64,000 bases of DNA from NCBI GenBank assembly GCA_964521185.1, contig CAZFRC010000002.1, positions 7,779 to 71,778 on the forward strand. The letters are read 5' to 3'. The stretch comes from an uncultured Candidatus Saccharibacteria bacterium. Lineage in GTDB: Bacteria; Patescibacteriota; Minisyncoccia; Phycocordibacterales; UBA12088. Position numbers and translations under genes: made by a program. Positions 9,511 through 19,537 of this stretch are shown here, piece after piece. Within the stretch, counting starts at the first letter, position 1; the number at the start of each line of letters is the position of its first letter. The notes under the pieces are model-generated. The model was not told the origin of the DNA. It ran no database searches and saw nothing but the letters and a program-made list of their open reading frames with translations.

Positions 9511-10851
9511 ATGGAAATTAATTCACAATACAGACCACTTCTTTCTGAGTTTGTGGCATTTAAGACTATTTCAACGAATTCGGCATATCGGAATGATATA
9601 GAAAAGGCTGTGTCTTGGTTGGAACGAACATACACACAGCATGCGTTTGATGTTCGTGTGGTTTCAGGATATGGAAATCCTGTTGTGGTTGCGCGTTTTA
9701 TAACAAATCCTGAATTTGAAACTTGTCTCATTTATGGCCATTACGATGTACAACCCGCACAAAAAGACGGTTGGTATGGGGATCCTTTTACGGTAGTCGA
9801 GAAAGACGGGCGTCTTTTTGCGCGGGGAGTTATTGATAACAAGGGACAGGTGTTGGTACACATGGCTACCATTTTCGCTCTCATAAAAGAAAAACGTCTT
9901 CGATACAATGTGGTATTCATGATTGAGGGAGATGAGGAAACTGGATCGCCCCATCTGGAACGCTTTATCAAAGAAAATGCCGATGTGCTTCAGGCAGATT
10001 TTGCGCTGATTTCAGACGGTGAGCAAACCAATGACCTTCCCACCATCGAGCTTGGATTTCGCGGCGGGTTTAATGCCACCGTTACCATTAAAACCAGTGA
10101 CAAAGATCTACACTCCGGTCTTTTTGGTGGAGCGATACCGAATGCGGGATATGTGATGAGTACGCTTCTTTCAAAACTCCATGATGAAAATAATAGAGTG
10201 CTGATTCCCGGATTTTACGATACCGTTGATCCCGTATCAGAAACGATACAGGACGCAAATAAAAAAATCCCTTTTGATTTTGAAACATTCAAAACCATCT
10301 CAGGAACTCGAGCGCTTCTGACTCATGATGCCTATGACTTTCATACCCAAATTGGATTCATGCCAAACGTAGATATCACCGGCGTATCGGTAGGCTACAC
10401 TGGAGAAGGGTATCGTAATGCAATCCCAGGAAACGCGATGGCAAAAATCAATTTCCGATTAACGGCAACACAGGATCCGGAAACACTCGCAAAAAAGTTT
10501 GTTGAGTTCGTTCACACATCAATGCCATCTTATGCGGATGTGCAGATTGATGTTTCGTTTCCCTATCGAGGCATTGCCATTTCAACCGATAATCCGTATG
10601 TAAGGCGTGCAGAAGAATCTTTTCGAATCGCATGTCACGCAGATCCACTTCGAAAATATTGCGGCGGCGGCCTTCCTATTGTGACCCATTACAACGACCA
10701 TCTGGGTATTCCGCAAGTGTTAGCGCCCTTGGCCAACGAGGACTGCAACATGCATGGCGTGAACGAAAACTTCAGCTTAGTATCCCTTGAAAAGGCTCTC
10801 GCGTTTAGTGAACATTTTTTCTCGCGTTCGCGTGACATGCATGCTATTTGA
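9511..10851 (+). CDS. M20/M25/M40 family metallopeptidase (dipeptidase)
   Basis: YGHYDVQP, ARGVIDNKG, EGDEETGS, DLHSG, HGVNENF. Confidence 0.9.
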   Translation: MEINSQYRPLLSEFVAFKTISTNSAYRNDIEKAVSWLERTYTQHAFDVRVVSGYGNPVVVARFITNPEFETCLIYGHYDVQPAQKDGWYGDPFTVVEKDGRLFARGVIDNKGQVLVHMATIFALIKEKRLRYNVVFMIEGDEETGSPHLERFIKENADVLQADFALISDGEQTNDLPTIELGFRGGFNATVTIKTSDKDLHSGLFGGAIPNAGYVMSTLLSKLHDENNRVLIPGFYDTVDPVSETIQDANKKIPFDFETFKTISGTRALLTHDAYDFHTQIGFMPNVDITGVSVGYTGEGYRNAIPGNAMAKINFRLTATQDPETLAKKFVEFVHTSMPSYADVQIDVSFPYRGIAISTDNPYVRRAEESFRIACHADPLRKYCGGGLPIVTHYNDHLGIPQVLAPLANEDCNMHGVNENFSLVSLEKALAFSEHFFSRSRDMHAI

Positions 10852-10904
10852 GTACCCGTAACATTCCCCTTTTCCTAAAGGGGATGGTAGTATGACGTTC
10901 ATAT

Positions 10905-13900
10905 ATGGCTACTAAAGAAAATCTTCCGGAATCAACACCAAAGTCAGAAGCGGCCGCGCGTGAAGAGCGGATATTGGCTTTCTGGAAAGAAAAAAATATT
11001 TTTCAAAAAACCCTTGAAAAACCATCTCCAAAAGGAGAATTTATATTTTACGAAGGGCCACCAACCGCTAATGGCCGTCCGGGTATTCATCACCTAGAAG
11101 CGCGTGCGTTTAAAGATGTCATTCCGCGCTACAAGACTATGAGTGGATATCATGTGCGCCGTAAGGGAGGTTGGGATACGCATGGCCTCCCGGTGGAACT
11201 TGAAGTAGAAAAGCAACTCGGCATTACTTCAAAAAAAGAGATCGAAGAGTATGGTATTGCCGCTTTTAATAAAAAATGCAAAGAAAGCGTATGGAAATAT
11301 GTGGATGAATGGAGACGGTTCACTGACCGTATGGCTTATTGGGTCGATATTGATAATGCGTATATTACCTATGATTCTCGGTACATAGAATCAGTGTGGA
11401 GTATTGTTGCCAAAATTCACAAAGACGGCCGACTTTTCAAAGATTACAAAGTGGTGCCATGGTGTCCTCGGTGCGGGACCGCACTTTCATCTCACGAGCT
11501 TGCCCAAGGATATCAAGACGACACCGATACTTCGGTGTATGTAAAATTTAGGATCAAGGACCCCAAGCTCATAGGGTTGTCTGGTGATGTGTATCTTGTT
11601 GCGTGGACTACCACCCCGTGGACGTTGCCGGGAAATGTGGCGCTTGCCGTCAGAGAAGATATAGATTATGTAGTGTGGACACAACAGTCTGCACAGGGAA
11701 AGAAAGAGGTTTGTATCGGAGCAAAAAAATTCATTGCTTCCAGAAAAAACGCTGCGGAATTCAATGTACTTCAAGAAAAAAAGGGGGAAGAACTTGTGGG
11801 TATATCCTACGAACCGCTTTTTCCGTTTATTGAGGATACTATTTCAGAAACTGAAAAACCAAATCTAGCAAACGCATATAAAGTGTATGCTGCAGATTTT
11901 GTGACAACTGAAGAAGGTACGGGAATTGTGCATACCGCGGTTATGTATGGCGCGGATGACTTTGAACTTGGAACGCGCGTACACCTCCCAAAACATCATC
12001 TCGTTACCGAGCAGGGCACGTTTATTTCCGGTACGGCCTTTCTTGAGGGAAAGTTTGTAAAAGCACCTGAGACGGAACACTCAATCATTAATGATCTTTC
12101 TTCTCGAGAACTCTTGTATGCGACTGAACCTTATACGCACAGTTATCCGCATTGTTGGCGTTGCAAGACGCCGCTTATCTATTATGCGAATGATTCGTGG
12201 TTTTTCCGAATGACAGATTTACGAGAAGCGCTTATTTCTGAAAACAATAAGATTCACTGGGAACCAGCGCATATTCGTGAAGGGCGATTCGGTGAATGGC
12301 TCTCAGGGGTTAAAGATTGGGCGATTTCAAGGAAACGTTATTGGGGAACGCCGCTCCCTGTATGGAAAAGTGATGACGGAACAGAAGCAGTGGTCGTTGA
12401 TTCGGTACACACACTAAAAGATCGCGTTAAGAAATCTGGCAACCGCTACTTTATTATGCGACATGGGCATGCTACCCATCTTGAACAGGGAATATTTTCT
12501 GCGAATATGGACATTTCATATTCGCTCACGGACAATGGGCGCACCGAAGTAAGAAGAGCGGCTGAATCACTAAAAAAGATGGGTATTACAAAGATATATT
12601 CATCACCATTTACCCGTTGCGTAGAGACGAGCGAAGAAATTGCCCATATTATTGGAATTCCCAAGGAGTCTATAGTGGTCGATTCACGTCTTGGAGAACT
12701 CGGTTTCGGTGAGTTTAGTGAACAACCCTCCGCGGAATATACCGCATGGGAGGACGCGACGCCTGACTCGTTTACTGACACCCCGAAAAACGGCGAAAGT
12801 AAAAAAGACGCCAAACGCCGTTTCGGTTCTTTTTTGTATGAAGTTGAAAATGCTCTTTCCGATCAAAACATTCTCATAGTGACTCATGCGTATGGGCACA
12901 AAGCGATGAGCATGGTTGCGGAAGGAGCGGACGATACGAGATCGAAGGCAATCGCTAGAATGAAAGGGCTTGATCCCGCGGAGATTGTCCCGCTCTCTTT
13001 TGTCCCGCTACCCCATAATGAAGATTATGAACTCGATCTTCACCGTCCGTATGTAGACGATGTAGTTTTGATCGGTGATTCCGGCAAGGAGCTTCGGCGT
13101 GTTTCGGACGTCATGGATGTATGGCTTGATTCAGGTGCTATGCCTTTTGCGCAAGACCATTACCCATTTGAAAATAAACCATGGGTTGATGGACCAGGAT
13201 ATCCGGCTGACTACATTTCCGAAGCAATTGACCAGACGCGCGGATGGTTCTATACGCTCCATGCGGTGGGCATTTTGATGAATCGCGGACGCGCGTTCAA
13301 CAACGTCATATGTTTAGGCCATCTTCTTGATGCGAAAGGTAAAAAAATGTCGAAATCAGTTGGCAACGTGGTAAACCCGTGGGACATGATTGAAAAATAC
13401 GGAATTGACGCGCTTCGTTTGTGGATGTTTTCGATCAATGCTTCCGGCGAATCAAAAAATTTCGACGAGAAAACTGTGGATGAAATAGTAAAAAAAGTAT
13501 TTAACCTACTTTTAAACAGTGTTAAATTTTATGAACTGTATACGCCGCGCAGCGTTGTCGCCATGGATCCATTTAAAAGCGCGCACGTGCTTGATCGTTG
13601 GATTATTGCGCGTCTCCACAAGCTCCTGTTGGATACTACCAAAGATTTGGATGCGTACCGTGTGCTTGAGGCGGCGCGCGCGATTCGAGAATTTGTCGCA
13701 GATTTATCACAATGGTATATTCGTCGCTCACGGGATCGATTTAAGGCCGAAGACGAACAAGCGTCATATGCGGTTGCAACAACTCGATACGTGTTTCGTA
13801 CACTTGCACAAATTATGGCCCCTATGACTCCTTTTATCGCAGAAGAGATATATCTGAAATTTAAAGAGGCGAGCGATCCGGAGAGCGTGCATCTTACGCA

Positions 13901-14420
13901 ATGGCCTCAAGTATCCTCTTATGACCATGTGTTGCTTCACGATATGCAAAATACGCGAGAGGTAGCCTCAATGGCGCTTGAAGCGCGTGCTCGTCTTGGC
14001 ATCAAAGTGCGACAACCGCTTCAGCGCATCACGCTTAAGAACGGAATGGTGGGTAGTCGGCCTGATCTCATTGCCATCATTGCGGATGAGGTTAACGTGA
14101 AAGAAGTTGTTTGTGATCCCACTCTCGAAGAAGAGGTGGTCCTCGATTCAACGATCACTCCAGAATTACTCGACGAAGGAGTGCTTCGAGATATTATTAG
14201 GGCAATTCAGCAGTCGAGAAAAAACGCAGGGCTACTGCCAGGTGTTCCAGTGAAGCTATTGATTGATTCAAACGATCATCGGATCAAAGATTTTTTTGAA
14301 CAGTATAAAGAAGAATTTGCTAAAGCAACTAGCGTTATCGAAATGGTTTTTGTTCCTGTGTCGGCAGAACCAATCGATTTTTTTGGCACACCGCTTCGGT
14401 TGGAAATAGTGAGCCAATAA
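10905..14420 (+). CDS. ileS: Isoleucyl-tRNA synthetase (type 2) with inserted histidine-phosphatase domain
   Basis: GPPTANGRPGIHH, GWDTHGLPVE, WTTTPWTLP, GTGIVH, DQTRGWF, KMSKS; insertion with RHG motif at about 12441-13000. Confidence 0.95.
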   Translation: MATKENLPESTPKSEAAAREERILAFWKEKNIFQKTLEKPSPKGEFIFYEGPPTANGRPGIHHLEARAFKDVIPRYKTMSGYHVRRKGGWDTHGLPVELEVEKQLGITSKKEIEEYGIAAFNKKCKESVWKYVDEWRRFTDRMAYWVDIDNAYITYDSRYIESVWSIVAKIHKDGRLFKDYKVVPWCPRCGTALSSHELAQGYQDDTDTSVYVKFRIKDPKLIGLSGDVYLVAWTTTPWTLPGNVALAVREDIDYVVWTQQSAQGKKEVCIGAKKFIASRKNAAEFNVLQEKKGEELVGISYEPLFPFIEDTISETEKPNLANAYKVYAADFVTTEEGTGIVHTAVMYGADDFELGTRVHLPKHHLVTEQGTFISGTAFLEGKFVKAPETEHSIINDLSSRELLYATEPYTHSYPHCWRCKTPLIYYANDSWFFRMTDLREALISENNKIHWEPAHIREGRFGEWLSGVKDWAISRKRYWGTPLPVWKSDDGTEAVVVDSVHTLKDRVKKSGNRYFIMRHGHATHLEQGIFSANMDISYSLTDNGRTEVRRAAESLKKMGITKIYSSPFTRCVETSEEIAHIIGIPKESIVVDSRLGELGFGEFSEQPSAEYTAWEDATPDSFTDTPKNGESKKDAKRRFGSFLYEVENALSDQNILIVTHAYGHKAMSMVAEGADDTRSKAIARMKGLDPAEIVPLSFVPLPHNEDYELDLHRPYVDDVVLIGDSGKELRRVSDVMDVWLDSGAMPFAQDHYPFENKPWVDGPGYPADYISEAIDQTRGWFYTLHAVGILMNRGRAFNNVICLGHLLDAKGKKMSKSVGNVVNPWDMIEKYGIDALRLWMFSINASGESKNFDEKTVDEIVKKVFNLLLNSVKFYELYTPRSVVAMDPFKSAHVLDRWIIARLHKLLLDTTKDLDAYRVLEAARAIREFVADLSQWYIRRSRDRFKAEDEQASYAVATTRYVFRTLAQIMAPMTPFIAEEIYLKFKEASDPESVHLTQWPQVSSYDHVLLHDMQNTREVASMALEARARLGIKVRQPLQRITLKNGMVGSRPDLIAIIADEVNVKEVVCDPTLEEEVVLDSTITPELLDEGVLRDIIRAIQQSRKNAGLLPGVPVKLLIDSNDHRIKDFFEQYKEEFAKATSVIEMVFVPVSAEPIDFFGTPLRLEIVSQ

Positions 14421-14429
14421 CACCTTGCC

Positions 14430-15017
14430 ATGGCGCATCATGTGTACGAAACCGACGCAATCATCATTCGGACAATCGGAGTAGGAGAGGGAAGCCAGCT
14501 TGTCGCATGCTACACCAGCACTCACGGAATGCTGTATGTTCAGACGCGAAGTTCACGCGAAGAACGTTCGAAAATGCGTTACGCACTTTCACCTTTTTCA
14601 AAAGTGCGAACACTTCTTGTCCGGGGTGCGGGCACATGGAGACTTCGGGGAATTGATCAAATCGACGGCTCCTTGTTCGATCTGACGCGAGGGCAGCAGC
14701 GCACACTCGGAGCTCGGTTGATGTGGGTGACGCAACGATTGGTGCATGGTGAAGGTGCGAACTCGCAATTATTTGGCGCGCTTTGGGATGCACACCATAT
14801 TCTTATGCATCACAAATTATCACCACTACAGCTTTCTTCACTTGAACGCATCACTCTTGTTAAAATCCTCGCGGCGCTTGGGTACGCTACGCTCCCACCT
14901 CAGTTCCTTCCTACAATAACGTCTTCTATAAGTATCGATCACCTTCATATCCCCTCTCACCTTGAAAAACTCTACACGCAAATTATCAATACCGCATTTA
15001 AAGAAAGTCATCTTTAA
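14430..15017 (+). CDS. recO: DNA repair protein RecO
   Basis: N-terminal OB fold YETDAIII...GEGSQ...YTSTHG, ends LAALGY...AFKESHL as in CPR RecO. Confidence 0.8.
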   Translation: MAHHVYETDAIIIRTIGVGEGSQLVACYTSTHGMLYVQTRSSREERSKMRYALSPFSKVRTLLVRGAGTWRLRGIDQIDGSLFDLTRGQQRTLGARLMWVTQRLVHGEGANSQLFGALWDAHHILMHHKLSPLQLSSLERITLVKILAALGYATLPPQFLPTITSSISIDHLHIPSHLEKLYTQIINTAFKESHL

Positions 15018-15061
15018 AATGCATATTTTGTTTCTTTTGTCGGCACGGTATAATTTTTTAA

Positions 15062-16975
15062 ATGACATACGAGAGCAAGCATGATTCAATTGAAAAAGTA
15101 AAATCGAGACTATATTCGAGAACACCGCCGCCAGATATGCATACCATGCGGCACGCGCTTCATGATATACCTCACGAAGTTCGGGAGTCTTGGCAGGAGG
15201 ATTCTGATGGGCCGCACCATATATTAGTACCCTATACGAAACGTTCAAATTTCCTTCCAACCCTCTTTACGATCTCCGTATTCTTTTTTTTACTCGCAAC
15301 CACAATCTCCATTTTTCTTATTTTAGGAGGGCGAAATTTGGTTTCATCTGAAAATATCGATATCACGATACTTGGTCCTGTGGCGCTTGCTGGCGGGGAA
15401 GAGCTTGAACTTCAGCTGTCAGTGGTTAATCGAAATGCGGTGCCTATTCAGACTACTGATTTGATTGTCGAATATCCCTCAGGTACGCGTTCGGCGAACA
15501 ATGTGGCAGTCGAACTTCCTCGACATCGAGAGTCGCTTGGCGTTATTGCACCAGGCGAAGAGGTGCGGCGCACTGTTCGCGCAGTGTTGTTTGGAGACGA
15601 GGGAGAAACGCAAAACATCCCTGTTACGGTTGAGTACCGCGTAGAAGGATCAAACGCTATTTTTTATACCGAAACCGTTCATAATGTGGTCCTCTCTTCG
15701 TCTCCTCTTGCGGTATCCGTCGAAGGGCTTGAAGAGGTTACCTCTGGGCAGGAGGTAGAGTTTACCGTTACGGTTCGATCGAATTCAGAATCTCGCATTG
15801 ACGACGTACTCATGGTCGCCACATATCCATTTGGATTTTCTATAAAAGACACATCTCCGCGATCAGCATATGACAATTCAGTTTTTGCACTTGGTTCATT
15901 TGAGACGGGAGACACAAAAACAGTTGTCATCCGAGGTACTGTTGTCGGCGTGGAAAGCGATGAGCGTGTTTTTCGGTTTGAAACAGGTACCAGAAATCCC
16001 GAAAATGATCGAACACTCGCTGCAGTTTTTGGTAAAGACGAAATAGTGGTTGATGTGCGTCGTGCGTTTATTACTATCCTGCCAACCATAAATGGTAACG
16101 TGAATTCCACGGTATCGGTCTCTCCTGGCCAAGACGTTACTTTCTCTCTCCAATGGGAGAATACGCTCGCAGTCCCCATATTTGACGCGGAAATTTCTGT
16201 AGCTATTGAGGGGTCATTTGATGAACGCACGGTTAAAGGGGAAGGGTACTACGATTCAATAACGAACACTATACGTTTTACTAGGGACACTGTTCCCGCG
16301 CTTTCAAATATTGAACCCGGCGCAACCGGTTCGGTGTCATTCAAGGTATCGCCGCTTCCTCAGATTACTGGCGAGGCGGGGAGAAATCCGACGATCACTT
16401 TTACCTCTGATGTAAAAGGCAGGAGACTGAACGAGAGTCGTGTGCCAGAAATTCTGGAAACAACCCTGACTCGTATGGCACAAATTACCTCCGCGGTTAC
16501 ATTTGAGGGAGAAACGCGATATGAGGGTGGAACCATTAACAATTTCGGACCATTTCCTCCTCGTGCTGAGCAAGAGACTGCGTACAGCATAGTATGGCGT
16601 CTCACAAACATGGTCAATGACGTAGGAAATATCAAAGTAACCGCAACGCTTCCTTCGTATGTAAAATGGATGGATGTCACTAGTCCGCCAGGCGCAGAGA
16701 TTTCATACAATCCAGAGCTCCGTCTTGTTACTTGGTATGTTGCCAATCTCCCCGCCCGAGCAAGTGGGGGGAGCGGAATTGTCGAGACTGAGTTTCAGAT
16801 CGCAATAACTCCAAGCTTGAGTCAAATAGGCACTAAACCTATACTCCTTTTGTCACCAAAAATGGTAGGTACGGATCGTTTTACGAAGGTGCAGCTGTCG
16901 GGTAGTATTGAAAACCAAACCACAGAAGTATGGGATCCAAATGCTCCAAAAGATCATGAGAAGGTGTGGCCGTAA
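15062..16975 (+). CDS. Membrane-anchored protein with repeated Ig-like beta domains
   Basis: Single TM near the N-terminus, then beta-rich repeats (GEELELQLSVVN, SGQEVEFTVTV, PGQDVTFSLQWEN). Confidence 0.6.
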   Translation: MTYESKHDSIEKVKSRLYSRTPPPDMHTMRHALHDIPHEVRESWQEDSDGPHHILVPYTKRSNFLPTLFTISVFFFLLATTISIFLILGGRNLVSSENIDITILGPVALAGGEELELQLSVVNRNAVPIQTTDLIVEYPSGTRSANNVAVELPRHRESLGVIAPGEEVRRTVRAVLFGDEGETQNIPVTVEYRVEGSNAIFYTETVHNVVLSSSPLAVSVEGLEEVTSGQEVEFTVTVRSNSESRIDDVLMVATYPFGFSIKDTSPRSAYDNSVFALGSFETGDTKTVVIRGTVVGVESDERVFRFETGTRNPENDRTLAAVFGKDEIVVDVRRAFITILPTINGNVNSTVSVSPGQDVTFSLQWENTLAVPIFDAEISVAIEGSFDERTVKGEGYYDSITNTIRFTRDTVPALSNIEPGATGSVSFKVSPLPQITGEAGRNPTITFTSDVKGRRLNESRVPEILETTLTRMAQITSAVTFEGETRYEGGTINNFGPFPPRAEQETAYSIVWRLTNMVNDVGNIKVTATLPSYVKWMDVTSPPGAEISYNPELRLVTWYVANLPARASGGSGIVETEFQIAITPSLSQIGTKPILLLSPKMVGTDRFTKVQLSGSIENQTTEVWDPNAPKDHEKVWP

Positions 16976-16980
16976 TACCT

Positions 16981-18351
16981 ATGGATACTCACGTTAATCT
17001 GGAAACATTGTCTGCGCTCGCTAAACGGCGTGGCTTTGTCTATCCGGGTTCTGAAATATACGGAGGTTTCCCTGGGACGTACGATTATGGTCCGTATGGA
17101 ACATTGCTCGCAACCAACATACGCAACGCTTGGTTTAAGGCGATGGTACAAATGGAGGATAATGTAGTGGGTCTCGATTCGGCCATCTTTACTCATCCAA
17201 AAGTATGGGAGGCTTCGGGCCATGTGGGAGGATTTTCAGATCCGCTTGTTGAGTGTAAATCATGCCATACTCGTTCACGCGCAGACCATCTTCTCGAGGC
17301 GGTAGGGGCGTTCGCAGATGAGAAAATGTCAATTGAAGACATTAATGATGTGTTTGATACCCATCGCGCTACAATCAAATGCCCCATGTGTGGCAAAAAG
17401 GAATTTACGGAAGTAAAACGTTTTAACCTTCTCGTGCAGTCCAATCTCGGAAATTTTACCGACGACTGGACGAAATCCCCAACCTATTTGCGAGGCGAGA
17501 CATGCCAAGGAATTTACATTAACTTTAAGAATGTGATCGATACGGCACGGGTAAAGGTGCCGTTTGGTATTGCGCAAATCGGTAAAGCGTTTCGAAATGA
17601 AATTGCGCCACGACAGTATATTTTCCGAAAGCGTGAATTTGAACAAATGGAAATGCAAATGTTTGTGCGTCCTGAAGATGAAATGACAGTCTATGACGTG
17701 TGGAGAAAAAAACGCTGGCAATATTATCTTGATCTCGGATTTAAGGAAGAACATCTCGCTTGGCATCAGCATGAGAACTTAGTCTTTTACGCAAAGGCCG
17801 CGTGGGATATCGAATACCAGTTTCCTTTCGGATTTAAAGAGCTTGAAGGTATCCATGCGCGTGGCAATTACGACCTCTCTCAGCATCAAACCTTTTCAGG
17901 CGCGGATCTTTCGTATACCGATCCAACCACACACGAAAAATACATCCCCCATATAGTTGAAACGTCGGTTGGGGTTGACCGGACATTTCTTGCGGTAATG
18001 ACGGAATTTTATGATGAAGATGAATTGGGAGGAGAAAAACGCACCGTGATGCGATTTCCGAAACTGCTTGCGCCCATTAAGGCTGCAGTATTTCCACTTC
18101 TGAAAAACAAGCCGGAATTAGTAACAAAAGCCCAAGACGTGCATGCCAAGCTTCGGAAAGAAATGCAAACTGAGTTTGACGATAATGGCAATATTGGCAA
18201 AAGGTATCGTCGTCAGGATGAAATCGGCACCCCCTATTGCGTTACCATTGATTTTCAAACACTCGAAGATGATACAGTCACTGTGCGGGAGAGGGATAGC
18301 GGAGAACAAGAGAGAGTCGCCGTAGACAGTCTAATCTCTGCTCTGCTTTAG
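16981..18351 (+). CDS. glyQS: Glycine--tRNA ligase (alpha2 type)
   Basis: KRRGFVYPGSEIYGG, YLRGETCQG, GKAFRNEI, REFEQME, IGKRYRRQDEIGTP. Confidence 0.96.
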   Translation: MDTHVNLETLSALAKRRGFVYPGSEIYGGFPGTYDYGPYGTLLATNIRNAWFKAMVQMEDNVVGLDSAIFTHPKVWEASGHVGGFSDPLVECKSCHTRSRADHLLEAVGAFADEKMSIEDINDVFDTHRATIKCPMCGKKEFTEVKRFNLLVQSNLGNFTDDWTKSPTYLRGETCQGIYINFKNVIDTARVKVPFGIAQIGKAFRNEIAPRQYIFRKREFEQMEMQMFVRPEDEMTVYDVWRKKRWQYYLDLGFKEEHLAWHQHENLVFYAKAAWDIEYQFPFGFKELEGIHARGNYDLSQHQTFSGADLSYTDPTTHEKYIPHIVETSVGVDRTFLAVMTEFYDEDELGGEKRTVMRFPKLLAPIKAAVFPLLKNKPELVTKAQDVHAKLRKEMQTEFDDNGNIGKRYRRQDEIGTPYCVTIDFQTLEDDTVTVRERDSGEQERVAVDSLISALL

Positions 18352-18468
18352 AAACGGCAGCAGCGTTTCGGATTCTTAACAGAGGGTTACTCCTATTGTG
18401 CGACCAATCATGCTGAAGATGGGAGGCCGGTCTTTTTTTTGTATGATACGGATGATAGGATGAAAGTC

Positions 18469-19533
18469 ATGAAAGAGCTCCCGGTGGCTACTATTGCAAT
18501 CACTACGGGCACGTTCGTCCGCGCTCTATCCGTTCTGATAGTACTTGGACTTGTTTTTTATCTTCAAGATGTGGTTTTGGTGCTTTTGACCGCTATTGTG
18601 ATCGCGTCAGCCATCGAGCCTGGCGTACGGCGTCTCATGTTTTGGGGGATCCCGCGCATTATTTCTGTAATCCTTGTGTATCTTGGTATCGCAAGTTTGT
18701 TCATCGGGGTGCTCTATGCGTTTATTCCCCTTGTGCTTGATGAAACGCTCTCATTTCTTGCCCTTCTTCCGAATTTTCTCGACACCATCATCGTGCAAAA
18801 CCCACTTGCGCATAGCAATTTTTTAAACACAGGGAATATCGTCGACACGCTTTCGCTTCGCGATTTCATAAATGGATTTCGAGAATCGTTTGCTACGGTG
18901 CCCGGCGGGTTTGTGCAGACCATCTCGCTTGCGTTCGGAGGTTTCCTTTCGTTCCTTCTCATTATCGTATTTTCCTTTTACTTTTCGGTTCAAGAGCGTG
19001 GTATCGAGGATTTTCTTCGCATCGTAACGCCTCGTCGGTATGAAGAGCAGGCGATAGATCTGTGGCAGCGGGCTCGTCAAAAAATCGGACTGTGGATGCA
19101 AGGGCAGCTCTTGTTGGCGTTGCTGGTTGGAGTGCTCGTGTATCTAGGACTCACTATCCTTGGGGTGGAATACGCCCTTATCTTTGCCGCATTAGCGGCT
19201 ATCCTTGAGCTGATTCCCGTGTTTGGGCCGGTTCTGGCAGCAGTTCCGGCAGTTATTTTTGGGTTTGTGAGCGGCGGGGCGACAATCGGGTTTTTGGTGA
19301 TTGGTTTTTATATCATCATCCAGCAATTTGAAAATCATTTGCTCCAACCCCTTGTCGTCACTAAGGTCGTCGGTGTGCCGCCTCTTCTGGTTATTCTTTC
19401 TCTTGTGGTCGGCGCAAAACTTGCCGGCTTTCTTGGACTCATTCTCGCGGTTCCTGTTGCCGTGGTTATTGCCGAGCTTGTGGGCGACGTCAAACGTGCT
19501 CGGGCTGAAATTGCGGGGAAGCGAGAAGAGTGA
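18469..19533 (+). CDS. AI-2E family transporter
   Basis: Multi-TM; LELIPVFGP, IQQFENHLLQP signature; start uncertain (18439/18460/18469). Confidence 0.88.
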   Translation: MKELPVATIAITTGTFVRALSVLIVLGLVFYLQDVVLVLLTAIVIASAIEPGVRRLMFWGIPRIISVILVYLGIASLFIGVLYAFIPLVLDETLSFLALLPNFLDTIIVQNPLAHSNFLNTGNIVDTLSLRDFINGFRESFATVPGGFVQTISLAFGGFLSFLLIIVFSFYFSVQERGIEDFLRIVTPRRYEEQAIDLWQRARQKIGLWMQGQLLLALLVGVLVYLGLTILGVEYALIFAALAAILELIPVFGPVLAAVPAVIFGFVSGGATIGFLVIGFYIIIQQFENHLLQPLVVTKVVGVPPLLVILSLVVGAKLAGFLGLILAVPVAVVIAELVGDVKRARAEIAGKREE

Positions 19534-19537
19534 TTAG

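Noticed and set aside
18352-18440. Possible riboswitch between glyQS and the AI-2E transporter
   Set aside because: Only weak hairpins before a T tract; no recognisable aptamer consensus, probably a terminator
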